DNA of 45,810 nucleotides from a virus. Its lineage: Duplodnaviria; Heunggongvirae; Uroviricota; Caudoviricetes. Every line of letters starts with the position of its first letter. The first letter of the stretch is position 1. Location: IMG/VR virus record IMGVR_UViG_2521172732_000010; one strand, 5' to 3'. This document shows positions 29,389 through 43,520 of the stretch, piece after piece. The position numbers were made by a program, and so were the translations under genes. The notes beneath the pieces were generated by a model, which ran no database searches, was not told where the DNA came from, and worked only from the letters and a program-made list of their open reading frames with translations.

Positions 29389-31942
29389 ACCGGTAGGCGA
29401 TCTGGTCGTTGATTTAAGTCTGGATGCGGCCAGATTTGACGAGCAGATGGCCAGAGTCAGGCGTCATTTTTCCGGTACGGAAAGTGATGCGAAAAAAACA
29501 GCGGCAGTCGTTGAACAGTCGCTGAGGCGACAGGCACTGGCTGCACAGAAAGCGGGGATTTCCGTCGGGCAGTATAAAGCTGCCATGCGTATGCTGCCTG
29601 CGCAGTTCACCGACGTGGCCACGCAGCTTGCAGGCGGGCAAAGTCCGTGGCTGATCCTGCTGCAACAGGGTGGTCAGGTGAAGGACTCCTTCGGCGGGAT
29701 GATCCCCATGTTCAGGGGGCTTGCCGGTGCGATCACCCTGCCGATGGTCGGGGCCACCTCGCTGGCGGTGGCGACCGGTGCGCTGGCGTATGCCTGGTAT
29801 CAGGGCAACTCAACCCTGTCCGATTTCAACAAAACGCTGGTCCTTTCCGGCAATCAGTCGGGTCTGACGGCAGATCGTATGCTGGTCCTGTCCAGAGCCG
29901 GGCAGGCGGCAGGGCTGACGTTTAACCAGACCAGCGAGTCACTCAGCGCACTGGTTAAGGCGGGAGTAAGCGGTGAGGCTCAGATTGCATCCATCAGCCA
30001 GAGTGTGGCGCGTTTCTCCTCTGCATCCGGCGTGGAGGTGGACAAGGTCGCTGAAGCCTTCGGGAAGCTGACCACAGACCCGACGTCAGGGCTGACAGCG
30101 ATGGCACGCCAGTTCCATAACGTGACGGCGGAGCAGATTGCGTATGTTGCTCAGTTGCAGCGTTCCGGCGATGAAGCCGGGGCATTGCAGGCGGCGAACG
30201 AGGCCGCGACGAAAGGATTTGATGACCAGACCCGCCGCCTGAAAGAGAACATGGGTACGCTGGAGACCTGGGCAGACAGGACAGCACGGGCATTCAAATC
30301 CATGTGGGATGCGGTGCTGGATATTGGTCGTCCTGATACCGCTCAGGAGATGCTGATTAAGGCAGAGGCTGCGTTTAAGAAAGCGGACGACATCTGGAGT
30401 CTGCGCAAGGATGATTATTTTGTTAACGATGAAGCGCGGGCGCGTTACTGGGATGATCGTGAAAAGGCCCGTCTTGCGCTTGAAGCCGCGAGAAAGAAGG
30501 CTGAACAGCAGAGTCAACAGGACAAAAATGCGCAGCAGCAGAGCGATACTGAAGCGTCACGGCTGAAATATACCGAAGAGGCGCAGAAAGCTTACGAACG
30601 GCTGCAGACGCCGCTGGAGAAATATACCGCCCGTCAGGAAGAACTGAACAAGGCACTGAAGGACGGGAAAATTCTGCAGGCAGATTACAACACGCTGATG
30701 GCGGCGGCGAAAAAGGACTATGAAGCGACGCTGAAAAAGCCGAAACAGTCCGGCGTGAAGGTGTCTGCGGGCGATCGTCAGGAAGACAGTGCTCATGCTG
30801 CCCTGCTGACGCTTCAGGCTGAACTCCGGACGCTGGAGAAGCATGCCGGAGCAAATGAGAAAATCAGCCAGCAGCGCCGGGATTTGTGGAAGGCGGAGAG
30901 TCAGTTCGCGGTACTGGAGGAGGCGGCGCAACGTCGCCAGCTGTCTGCACAGGAGAAATCCCTGCTGGCGCATAAAGATGAGACGCTGGAGTACAAACGC
31001 CAGCTGGCTGCACTTGGCGACAAGGTTACGTATCAGGAGCGCCTGAACGCGCTGGCGCAGCAGGCGGATAAATTCGCACAGCAGCAACGGGCAAAACGGG
31101 CCGCCATTGATGCGAAAAGCCGGGGACTGACTGACCGGCAGGCAGAACGGGAAGCCACGGAACAGCGCCTGAAGGAACAGTATGGCGATAATCCGCTGGC
31201 GCTGAATAACGTCATGTCAGAGCAGAAAAAGACCTGGGCGGCTGAAGACCAGCTTCGCGGGAGCTGGATGGCAGGCCTGAAGTCCGGCTGGAGTGAGTGG
31301 GAAGAGAGCGCCACGGACAGTATGTCGCAGGTAAAAAGTGCAGCCACGCAGACCTTTGATGGTATTGCACAGAATATGGCGGCGATGCTGACCGGCAGTG
31401 AGCAGAACTGGCGCAGCTTCACCCGTTCCGTGCTGTCCATGATGACAGAAATTCTGCTTAAGCAGGCAATGGTGGGGATTGTCGGGAGTATCGGCAGCGC
31501 CATTGGCGGGGCTGTTGGTGGCGGCGCATCCGCGTCAGGCGGTACAGCCATTCAGGCCGCTGCGGCGAAATTCCATTTTGCAACCGGAGGATTTACGGGA
31601 ACCGGCGGCAAATATGAGCCAGCGGGGATTGTTCACCGTGGTGAATTTGTCTTCACGAAGGAGGCAACCAGCCGGATTGGCGTGGGAAATCTCTACCGGC
31701 TGATGCGCGGCTATGCCACCGGCGGTTATGTCGGTACACCGGGCAGCATGGCGGACAGCCGCTCGCAGGCGTCCGGGACGTTTGAGCAGAATAACCATGT
31801 GGTGATTAACAACGACGGCACGAACGGTCAGATAGGGCCACAGGCGCTGAAGGCGGTTTATGACGTAGCCCGTAAGGCGGCAATGGATGTTGTGACCGGG
31901 CAGATGCGCGATGGTGGTCTGTTCTCCGGAGGTGGACGATGA
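29381..31942 (+). CDS. H: tail tape measure protein H
   Basis: 853-aa ORF, coiled-coil rich, matching lambda gpH. Confidence 0.95.
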   Translation: MAEPVGDLVVDLSLDAARFDEQMARVRRHFSGTESDAKKTAAVVEQSLRRQALAAQKAGISVGQYKAAMRMLPAQFTDVATQLAGGQSPWLILLQQGGQVKDSFGGMIPMFRGLAGAITLPMVGATSLAVATGALAYAWYQGNSTLSDFNKTLVLSGNQSGLTADRMLVLSRAGQAAGLTFNQTSESLSALVKAGVSGEAQIASISQSVARFSSASGVEVDKVAEAFGKLTTDPTSGLTAMARQFHNVTAEQIAYVAQLQRSGDEAGALQAANEAATKGFDDQTRRLKENMGTLETWADRTARAFKSMWDAVLDIGRPDTAQEMLIKAEAAFKKADDIWSLRKDDYFVNDEARARYWDDREKARLALEAARKKAEQQSQQDKNAQQQSDTEASRLKYTEEAQKAYERLQTPLEKYTARQEELNKALKDGKILQADYNTLMAAAKKDYEATLKKPKQSGVKVSAGDRQEDSAHAALLTLQAELRTLEKHAGANEKISQQRRDLWKAESQFAVLEEAAQRRQLSAQEKSLLAHKDETLEYKRQLAALGDKVTYQERLNALAQQADKFAQQQRAKRAAIDAKSRGLTDRQAEREATEQRLKEQYGDNPLALNNVMSEQKKTWAAEDQLRGSWMAGLKSGWSEWEESATDSMSQVKSAATQTFDGIAQNMAAMLTGSEQNWRSFTRSVLSMMTEILLKQAMVGIVGSIGSAIGGAVGGGASASGGTAIQAAAAKFHFATGGFTGTGGKYEPAGIVHRGEFVFTKEATSRIGVGNLYRLMRGYATGGYVGTPGSMADSRSQASGTFEQNNHVVINNDGTNGQIGPQALKAVYDVARKAAMDVVTGQMRDGGLFSGGGR

Positions 31943-32268
31943 AAACCTTCCGCTGGAAAGTGAAACCCGGTATGGATGTGGCTTCGGCCCCTTCCGTAAG
32001 AAAGGTGCGCTTTGGTGATGGCTATTCCCAGCGAGCGCCTGCCGGGCTGAATGCCGACCTGAAAACGTACAGCGTGACGCTTTCTGTTCCCCGTTGGGAG
32101 GCCACGGCGCTTGAGTCGTTTCTGGCTGAGCACGGGGGCTGGAAAGCCTTTCTGTGGACGCCGCCTTATGAGTGGCGGCAGATAAAGGTGACCTGCGCAA
32201 AATGGTCGTCGCGGGTCAGTATGCTGCGTGTTGAGTTCAGCGCAGAGTTTGAACAGGTGGTGAACTGA
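31939..32268 (+). CDS. M: tail tip protein M
   Basis: 109-aa ORF MKTFRWKVKPGMDVASAPSVRKVRFGDGYSQRAPAG... Confidence 0.9.
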   Translation: MKTFRWKVKPGMDVASAPSVRKVRFGDGYSQRAPAGLNADLKTYSVTLSVPRWEATALESFLAEHGGWKAFLWTPPYEWRQIKVTCAKWSSRVSMLRVEFSAEFEQVVN

Positions 32269-32965
32269 TGCAGGATATCCGGCAGGAAACACTGAATGAA
32301 TGCACCCGTGCGGAGCAGTCGGCCAGCGTGGTGCTTTGGGAAATCGATCTGACAGAGGTCGGTGGAGAACGTTATTTTTCTGTAATGAGCAGAACGAAAA
32401 AGGTGAGCCGGTCACCTGGCAGGGGCGACAGTATCAGCCGTATCCCATTCAGGGGAGTGGTTTTGAACTGAATGGCAAAGGCACCAGTACGCGCCCCACG
32501 CTGACGGTTTCTAACCTGTACGGTATGGTCACCGGGATGGCGGAAGATCTGCAGAGTCTGGTCGGCGGAACGGTGGTCCGGCGTAAGGTTTACGCCCGTT
32601 TTCTGGATGCGGTGAACTTCGTCAACGGAAACAGTGACGCCGATCCGGAGCAGGAGGTGATCAGCCGCTGGCGCATTGAGCAGTGCAGCGAACTGAGCGC
32701 GGTGAGTGCCTCTTTTGTACTGTCCACGCCGACGGAAACGGACGGCGCTGTTTTTCCGGGACGTATCATGCTGGCCAACACCTGCACCTGGACCTATCGC
32801 GGCGATGAGTGCGGTTATCACGGTCCGGCGGTCGCGGATGAATATGACCAGCCAACGTCCGATATCACGAAGGATAAATGCAGCAAATGCCTGAGCGGTT
32901 GTAAGTTCCGCAATAACGTCGGCAACTTTGGCGGCTTCCTTTCCATTAACAAACTTTCGCAGTAA
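32268..32965 (+). pseudogene. L: tail tip protein L, frame-disrupted as sequenced
   Basis: MQDIRQETLNECTRAEQSASVVLWEIDLTEVGGERYF in one frame, then FCNEQNEKGEPVTWQGRQYQ... to the stop in the -1 frame; junction is a T-run (32375-32379). Confidence 0.8.
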
Positions 32966-32970
32966 ATCCC

Positions 32971-33714
32971 ATGACAGAGACAGAATCAGCGATTCTGGCG
33001 CACGCCCGGCGATGTGCGCCAGCGGAGTCGTGCGGCTTCGTGGTGAGAACGCCGGAGGAGGAAAGATATTTTCCCTGCGTGAATATCTCCGGTGAACCGG
33101 AGGATTATTTCCGGATGTCGCCGGAGGACTGGCTGCAGGCCAAAATGCAGGGTGAGATTGTGGCGCTGGTCCACAGTCACCCCGGTGGTCTGCCCTGGCT
33201 GAGTGAGGCCGACCGGCGGCTGCAGGTGCAGAGTGATTTGCCGTGGTGGCTGGTCTGCCGGGGGGCGATTCACAAGTTCCGCTGTGTGCCGCATCTCACC
33301 GGGCGGCGCTTTGAGCACGGGGTGACGGACTGTTACACGCTGTTCCGGGATGCTTACCATCTGGCGGGAATTGAGATGCCGGATTTTCATCGCGGGGATG
33401 ACTGGTGGCGTAACGGTCAGAATCTCTATCTTGACAATATGGAGGCGACTGGTTTTTACCGTGTCGCACTGACAGAGGCGCAGCCTGGCGACGTGCTGCT
33501 GTGCTGCTTTGGTTCATCGGTGCCGAATCATGCCGCTATTTACTGTGGTGACGGCGAGCTGCTGCACCATATTCCTGAACAACTGAGTAAACGAGAGAGG
33601 TATACCGACAAATGGCAGCGACGCACACACTCCCTCTGGAGTCACCGGGCATGGCGCGCATCTGCCTTTACGGGGATTTGCAACGATTTGGCCGCCGCAT
33701 CGACCTTCGTGTGA
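32971..33714 (+). CDS. K: tail tip protein K (NlpC/P60-JAB type)
   Basis: 247-aa ORF MTETESAILAHARRCAPAESCGFVVRTPEEERYFPC... Confidence 0.9.
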   Translation: MTETESAILAHARRCAPAESCGFVVRTPEEERYFPCVNISGEPEDYFRMSPEDWLQAKMQGEIVALVHSHPGGLPWLSEADRRLQVQSDLPWWLVCRGAIHKFRCVPHLTGRRFEHGVTDCYTLFRDAYHLAGIEMPDFHRGDDWWRNGQNLYLDNMEATGFYRVALTEAQPGDVLLCCFGSSVPNHAAIYCGDGELLHHIPEQLSKRERYTDKWQRRTHSLWSHRAWRASAFTGICNDLAAASTFV

Positions 33715-34283
33715 AAACGGGGGCTGAAGCCATCCGCGCACTGGCCACACAGCTCCCGGCGTTTCGTCAGAAACTGAGCGACGGCTGGTATCAGGTACGG
33801 ATTGCCGGGCGGGATGTCAGCACGTCCGGGTTAACGGCGCAGTTACATGAGACTCTGTCTGATGGCGCTGTGATTCATATTGTTCCCAGAGTCGCCGGGG
33901 CCAAGTCAGGTGGTGTATTCCAGATTGTCCTGGGAGCAGCCGCCATTGCCGGATCATTCTTTACTGCCGGAGCCACCCTTGCAGCATGGGGGGCAGCCAT
34001 TGGGGCCGGTGGTATGACCGGCATCCTGTTTTCTCTCGGTGCCAGTATGGTGCTCGGTGGTGTGGCGCAGATGCTGGCACCGAAAGCCAGAACTCCCCGT
34101 ACACAGACAACGGATAACGGCAAACAGAACACCTATTTCTCCTCCCTGGATAACATGGTTGCCCAGGGCAATGTTCTGCCCGTTCTGTACGGTGAAATGC
34201 GCGTGGGGTCACGTGTTGTCTCTCAGGAGATTAGCACGGCAGATGAAGGGGACGGTGGTCAGGTTGTGGTGATTGGTCGCTGA
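33612..34283 (+). CDS. I: tail tip assembly protein I
   Basis: 223-aa ORF overlapping the 3' end of K as in lambda. Confidence 0.9.
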   Translation: MAATHTLPLESPGMARICLYGDLQRFGRRIDLRVKTGAEAIRALATQLPAFRQKLSDGWYQVRIAGRDVSTSGLTAQLHETLSDGAVIHIVPRVAGAKSGGVFQIVLGAAAIAGSFFTAGATLAAWGAAIGAGGMTGILFSLGASMVLGGVAQMLAPKARTPRTQTTDNGKQNTYFSSLDNMVAQGNVLPVLYGEMRVGSRVVSQEISTADEGDGGQVVVIGR

Positions 34284-34340
34284 TGCAAAATGTTTTATGT
34301 GAAACCGCCTGCGGGCGGTTTTGTCGTTTATGGAGCGTGA

Positions 34341-37742
<3,402 letters not shown>

Positions 37743-37808
37743 ATTTTATAACCCATAACGGGCGTCAGAAATGACGCCTTTTTTATTGCAGAAAAGCGAG
37801 AGGTAATT

Positions 37809-38408
37809 ATGCGTAAACTTTATGCCGCCATTTTGTCCGCAGCCATCTGTCTGGCCGTATCCGGTGCGCCTGCATGGGCGTCTGAACATCAGTCCACGCT
37901 GAGCGCGGGCTATCTTCATGCCTCGACGAACGTTCCCGGCAGTGATGATCTGAACGGGATTAACGTGAAATACCGTTATGAGTTTACGGACACACTGGGG
38001 ATGGTGACGTCGTTCAGCTATGCAGGAGACAAGAATCGCCAGCTGACCCATTACAGCGATACCCGCTGGCATGAAGATTCCGTTCGTAACCGCTGGTTCA
38101 GCGTAATGGCGGGGCCGTCTGTGCGCGTGAATGAATGGTTCAGCGCGTATGCGATGGCGGGTGTGGCTTACAGCCGTGTGTCGACTTTCTCCGGGGATTA
38201 TCTCCGCGTAACTGACAACAAGGGGAAAACGCACGACGTGCTGACCGGAAGTGATGACGGTCGCCACAGCAACACGTCTCCGGCGTGGGGAGCTGGCGTG
38301 CAGTTTAACCCGACCGAATCCGTGGCCATTGATATTGCTTATGAAGGCTCCAGCAGTGGCGACTGGCGCACTGACGGTTTCATCGTGGGTGTCGGTTATA
38401 AGTTCTGA
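37809..38408 (+). CDS. lom: Lom outer-membrane protein (Ail/Lom family)
   Basis: 199-aa ORF with signal peptide MRKLYAAILSAAICLAVSGAPAWA and beta-barrel-like sequence. Confidence 0.9.
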   Translation: MRKLYAAILSAAICLAVSGAPAWASEHQSTLSAGYLHASTNVPGSDDLNGINVKYRYEFTDTLGMVTSFSYAGDKNRQLTHYSDTRWHEDSVRNRWFSVMAGPSVRVNEWFSAYAMAGVAYSRVSTFSGDYLRVTDNKGKTHDVLTGSDDGRHSNTSPAWGAGVQFNPTESVAIDIAYEGSSSGDWRTDGFIVGVGYKF

Positions 38409-38472
38409 TTAGCCAGGTAACACAGTGTTATGACAGCCCGCCGGTTCAGGCGGGCTTTTTTGTGGGGTGAAT

Positions 38473-41368
38473 ATGGCAGTAAAGATTTCAGGTGTACTGA
38501 AAGACGGCACAGGAAAACCGGTACAGAACTGCATAATCCAGCTGAAAGCAAAACGTAACAGCACCACGGTGGTGGTGAACACGCTGGCCTCAGAAAATCC
38601 GGATGAAGCCGGGCGTTACAGTATGGACGTTGAGTACGGTCAGTACAGCGTTATTCTGTTGGTGGAAGGGTTCCCGCCGTCACATGCCGGGACCATCACC
38701 GTGTATGAAGATTCCCGACCCGGTACGCTGAATGATTTTCTCGGTGCCATGACGGAGGATGATGCCCGTCCGGAGGCATTGCGACGTTTTGAACTGATGG
38801 TGGAAGAGGTGGCGCGTAACGCGTCCGCAGTGGCACAGAACACGGCAGCCGCGAAGAAGTCAGCCAGTGATGCCAGCACATCTGCCAGTGAGGCGGCAAC
38901 CCATGCGACTGATGCTGCAGATTCAGCACGTGCAGCCAGCACGTCAGCCGGACAGGCCGCGACGTCGGCTCAGGAGGCTTTTTCCAGCGCAGGAACGGCA
39001 TCAGCAAAAGCCTCTGAGGCATCAAAAAGTGCTGCCGCTGCAGAGTCCTCAAAAAGCGCGGCGGCTACCAGTGCCGGTGCGGCGAAAACGTCAGAAACGA
39101 ATGCGGCAGCGTCACAACAATCAGCAGCCACTTCTGCATCCACCGCGACCACGAAAGCGTCAGAAGCAGCCACTTCAGCACGGGATGCGTCGGCTTCAAA
39201 AGAGGCGGCAAAATCATCAGAAACGAACGCAGCCTCGAGCGCCAGCAGCGCAACTTCCTCGGCAACGGCGGCAGCAAATTCTGCGAAGGAGGCAAAAACG
39301 TCCGAGACGAACGCTAAGTCTTCTGAAACGGCAGCGGGACAGAGCGCCTCAGCTGCGGCAGGCTCAAAAACAGCGGCTGCGTCGTCTGCCAGTGCCGCGT
39401 CAACAAGTGCCGGGCAGGCCTCAGCCAGTGCCACCGCCGCCGGAAAATCGGCAGAAAGTGCTGCATCGTCTGCTTCAACAGCCACAACGAATGCTGGCGA
39501 AGCCGCTGTACAGGCCAGCGCAGCAGCGAGGTCTGCTTCCGCAGCGAAGACATCCGAGACGAACGCGAAAGCGTCGGAAACCAGCGCAGAATCCTCAAAA
39601 ACGGCTGCCGCATCATCCGCCAGTTCGGCGGCGTCATCGGCATCATCTGCGTCTGCTTCAAAAGATGAGGCGACCAGACAGGCGTCAGCAGCGAAGGGCA
39701 GCGCCACGACGGCATCCACGAAGGCGACAGAGGCAGCTGGTAGTGCGACGGCAGCAGCTCAGAGCAAAAGTACGGCGGAATCTGCAGCAACGCGCGCTGA
39801 GACAGCGGCAAAAACGGGCAGAGGATATTGCATCCGCCGTGGCGCTTGAGGATGCGAGCACGACGAAAAAGGGGATAGTACAGCTCAGCAGCGCGACCAA
39901 CAGCACGTCTGAAACGCTGGCGGCAACGCCAAAGGCAGTAAAAGCAGCCAATGACAATGCTGAGAAACGTCTGCAGAAAGATCAGAACGGTGCGGATATC
40001 CCTGGCAAAGACACCTTTACGAAAAATATTGGTGCCTGCCGTGCCTTCGGTGGGTCAGTAAGCACAACAACAGGAGACTGGACGACTGCACAGTTTATCG
40101 AGTGGCTGGATTCTCAGGGAGCATTTAACCATCCATACTGGATGTGCAAGGGTTCCTGGTCTTATGGCAATAATAAAATCATTACTGATACTGGTTGCGG
40201 TAATATTCATCTCGCCGGAGCTGTCATTGAAGTAATGGGGATAAAGTCAGCGATGACGATCCGCATTACCACACCGACCACCTCCACTGGTGGTGGAACA
40301 ACTAACGCCCAGTTTACCTATATTAATCACGGAACAGATTATTCACCTGGCTGGCGAAGGGACTATAACTCCAGAAATAAGCCAACGGCATCAGAGATCG
40401 GGGCGTTACCGTCAGGTGGAACAGCAGTATCATCAGTTAATCTGGCTTCAAAAGGTCGGGTAACTGCGCTTACAGACAATACGCAGGGGGCAACAGGTCT
40501 TGAGTTATACGAGGTGTATAACAACGGATATCCAACAGCGTATGGAAATATTATTCACCTGAAAGGGATGACAGCCGTTGGCGAAGGTGAGTTACTCATC
40601 GGCTGGAGTGGTACAAGCGGTGCTCATGCTCCGGCATTTATTCGTTCACGACGGGATACGACCGACGCAAACTGGTCGCCGTGGGCGCAGCTTTACACCT
40701 CAGCTCATCCTCCTGCAGAGTTTTATCCAGTCGGTGCACCAATCCCGTGGCCATCAGATACCGTTCCGTCTGGCTATGCCCTGATGCAGGGGCAGACTTT
40801 TGACAAATCTGCTTACCCGAAACTTGCAGCCGCTTATCCGTCAGGCGTGATCCCTGATATGCGTGGCTGGACGATTAAGGGCAAACCTGCCAGTGGTCGG
40901 GCCGTATTGTCTCAGGAACAGGACGGTATTAAATCGCACACCCACAGCGCCAGCGCATCCAGTACGGATTTGGGTACGAAAACCACATCGTCGTTTGATT
41001 ACGGCACTAAATCCACGAATAACACCGGGGCACATACACACAGTGTGAGCGGTACAGCCGCAAGTGCCGGAAACCATACTCATAGTGTCACAGGCGCATC
41101 AGCAGTCAGCCAGTGGTCACAAAATGGGTCAGTACATAAGGTAGTGTCTGCGGCCAGTGTGAATACAAGTGCTGCAGGAGCGCACACTCATAGTGTCAGC
41201 GGCACAGCTGCATCTGCAGGTGCTCACGCACATACTGTCGGTATTGGTGCTCATACGCACTCTGTTGCGATTGGTTCACATGGACACACCATCACCGTTA
41301 ACGCTGCGGGTAACGCGGAAAACACCGTCAAAAACATCGCATTTAACTACATTGTGAGGCTTGCATAA
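38473..41368 (+). pseudogene. stf: side tail fibre Stf, frame-disrupted as sequenced
   Basis: N-terminal frame MAVKISGVLKDGTGKPVQNC... ends at 39849; the +1 frame continues ...[17 protein letters not shown]... to the Stf C-terminus ...[15 protein letters not shown]; junction is an A-run (39810-39814). Confidence 0.75.
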
Positions 41369-41949
41369 TGGCATTCAGAATGAGTGAACAACCACGGACC
41401 ATAAAAATTTATAATCTGCTGACCGGAACTAATGAATTTATTGGTGAAGGTGACGCATATATTCCGCCTCATACAGGTCTGCCAGCAAACAGTACCTATA
41501 TTGCACCGCCAGATATTCCGGCTGGCTTCGTGGCTGTTTTCAACAGTGATGAGTCATCGTGGCATCTCGTTGAAGATCATCGGGGTAAAACGGTTTATGA
41601 CGTGGCTTCCGGCGACGCGTTATTTATTTCTGAACTCGGCTCATTACCGGAAAATGTTACCTGGTTATCGCCGGAAGGGGAGTTTCAGAAGTGGAACGGC
41701 ACAGCCTGGGTGAAAGATGCAGAAGCAGAAAAACTGTTCCGGATCCGGGAGGCGGAAGAAACAAAAAACAGCCTGATGCAGGTAGCCAGTGAGCATATTG
41801 CGCCACTTCAGGATGCTGTAGATCTGGAAATCGCAACGGAGGAAGAAACCTCATTGCTGGAAGCCTGGAAAAAGTATCGGGTGTTGCTGAACCGTGTTGA
41901 TACATCAACTGCACCTGATATTGAGTGGCCTGTAATACCTGAAGTTTAA
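41368..41949 (+). CDS. tfa: tail fibre assembly protein
   Basis: 193-aa [40 protein letters not shown]... Confidence 0.9.
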   Translation: MAFRMSEQPRTIKIYNLLTGTNEFIGEGDAYIPPHTGLPANSTYIAPPDIPAGFVAVFNSDESSWHLVEDHRGKTVYDVASGDALFISELGSLPENVTWLSPEGEFQKWNGTAWVKDAEAEKLFRIREAEETKNSLMQVASEHIAPLQDAVDLEIATEEETSLLEAWKKYRVLLNRVDTSTAPDIEWPVIPEV

Positions 41950-41954
41950 AATAA

Positions 41955-41980
41955 AAGCCCGCTTAAAATATCGCGGGCTT
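41955..41980. terminator. hairpin between tfa and katN (possible bidirectional terminator)
   Basis: aagcccgc-(10 nt)-gcgggctt stem-loop immediately after the tfa stop; the T-rich flank is on the minus strand. Confidence 0.5.
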
Positions 41981-42068
41981 CGAAATATAAATGTATTTTC
42001 AGAGGCTAGAGCTTAGGATATCTCAGCGGCAATTAACTTATGAGGGATAGCTAAATACCAGAAGATAA

Positions 42069-42959
42069 TTAGTTTTTACTATTTATCTTTGTTTGTGGTT
42101 CTCCTTCAGCAAGCTCAGCGCCAGTGACAGGATTGATGTCTTCATGGGATTTCAACCTTGTTGCCATAGCTTTTATCATAGCTTCTTGCTTGGTCGAAAG
42201 ATTTATCGAGGCCTTCCCATCCCCACCGTCAACCGCTGGAACTGGATCGGAAACATAGTCAAAGTTTTCATCACTGTTCCAACTACCTCTGACGTCTTCA
42301 CCTTCTGACATGTTGTAATATACGTTTTTGTATTTCTCAAGTGGTGGTAATTTTCCTGGTGGAAAGGTGTTACGAATTGAATGTAATGCTTTTTCAAATG
42401 AAAGCATGTGTGCTGCTTCCCTGGTCATTAAAAATGCCAGAGTGTCTTTTACTCCAGGATCATCAGTAACATTAATGAGACGTTCGTAAATGATCTTTGC
42501 CCGAGCTTCAGCTGCAATATTTGAACGAAGATCGGCCGTGACTTCGCCAATAGTATCAACATAAGCTGCAGTCCAGGGTACTCCAGCTGAATTAGTTAAT
42601 GCTGGGCCTCCTCCGTAGAGGAGAGAAGTTATATGGCTATCATTGCCATTTTGAGTTAAGGAACGGTAAAGCTCAGCTTCATTCTCAGTTCCTTCAGCAA
42701 GTGCTCCTTTTGCACCTTTGTTGAGCATACCAACAAGAGAACCAATAATTTCGAGATGACTTAGTTCTTCTGTTGCTATGTCCATCAGCATATCCCTTCG
42801 GCCTGCATCTTCATCACTTAAGCCTTGAGTGAAGTATCGGCATGCTGCTGCAAGCTCACCCTGTGGCCCACCGAATTGTTCTAAGAGTAGATTAGCCAAG
42901 CCTGGGTTTGGCTCACTTACACGTACTGTATATTGAAGTTTTTTCACGTGTCTAAACAT
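42069..42959 (-). CDS. katN: manganese catalase (KatN-like, ferritin-like superfamily)
   Basis: 296-aa ORF with Mn-catalase-like sequence (LSDEDAGRRDMLMDIATEELSHLEIIG...), last gene of a yciG-yciF-yciE-katN arrangement. Confidence 0.75.
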   Translation of the reverse strand: MFRHVKKLQYTVRVSEPNPGLANLLLEQFGGPQGELAAACRYFTQGLSDEDAGRRDMLMDIATEELSHLEIIGSLVGMLNKGAKGALAEGTENEAELYRSLTQNGNDSHITSLLYGGGPALTNSAGVPWTAAYVDTIGEVTADLRSNIAAEARAKIIYERLINVTDDPGVKDTLAFLMTREAAHMLSFEKALHSIRNTFPPGKLPPLEKYKNVYYNMSEGEDVRGSWNSDENFDYVSDPVPAVDGGDGKASINLSTKQEAMIKAMATRLKSHEDINPVTGAELAEGEPQTKINSKN

Positions 42960-42977
42960 AATGCCTCCTCAAAAGAA

Positions 42978-43484
42978 TTATTTTTTGGCTTCAACTCCAT
43001 CAATTTCAGATCTGACCATGAATTGCTCAGTGGTGTCAGGAATATGGTTAAGAAGCCATTCAGCCATTTGTTTTTCTTCATTAAGAATTGCTTCAATAAT
43101 GGGTACTGAAGCTGTATCACCCGCATTTTTGGCTGCTGCGAGAAGAGATGTGTAACACGCAATTTCAAATTGTTCGAACACATAGCCACTGATCGAACCT
43201 TTGACAATTTCATCAGATGGAAAAATTCCACCAATGGATTGTCCAAACGCGGCCATTTTACTCATAGAGTCTTTAATGACAGAGCGCGAAATATTATTAC
43301 GATCAAGTATGCTTTCAAGCTGTGAAAGCTGGTTCTTTGTTTCGCTAATGTGCTGCTCAATTCTGGAACGTAACTCAGGATAGTTTTCTATCCGGCTGGC
43401 CATAGACTCAAGCATTTTTTCAGCTTGTTTTTCCATCGCATGTGCATCACGAAGCCAGTCATGGTAATGTTCAATTCTATTCAT
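42978..43484 (-). CDS. yciE: YciE-like ferritin-like (DUF892) stress protein
   Basis: 168-aa ORF MNRIEHYHDWLRDAHAMEKQAEKMLESMASRIENYPELR... Confidence 0.8.
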   Translation of the reverse strand: MNRIEHYHDWLRDAHAMEKQAEKMLESMASRIENYPELRSRIEQHISETKNQLSQLESILDRNNISRSVIKDSMSKMAAFGQSIGGIFPSDEIVKGSISGYVFEQFEIACYTSLLAAAKNAGDTASVPIIEAILNEEKQMAEWLLNHIPDTTEQFMVRSEIDGVEAKK

Positions 43485-43520
43485 AATCTGTTTATCCTAA
43501 AAGAAATTGAAGTCTATAAT

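Noticed and set aside
38970-39719. 249-codon minus-strand ORF and long alternative-frame ORFs across the stf repeat tract
   Set aside because: Artefacts of the Ala/Ser/Thr-rich low-complexity repeat, which lacks stop codons in several frames.
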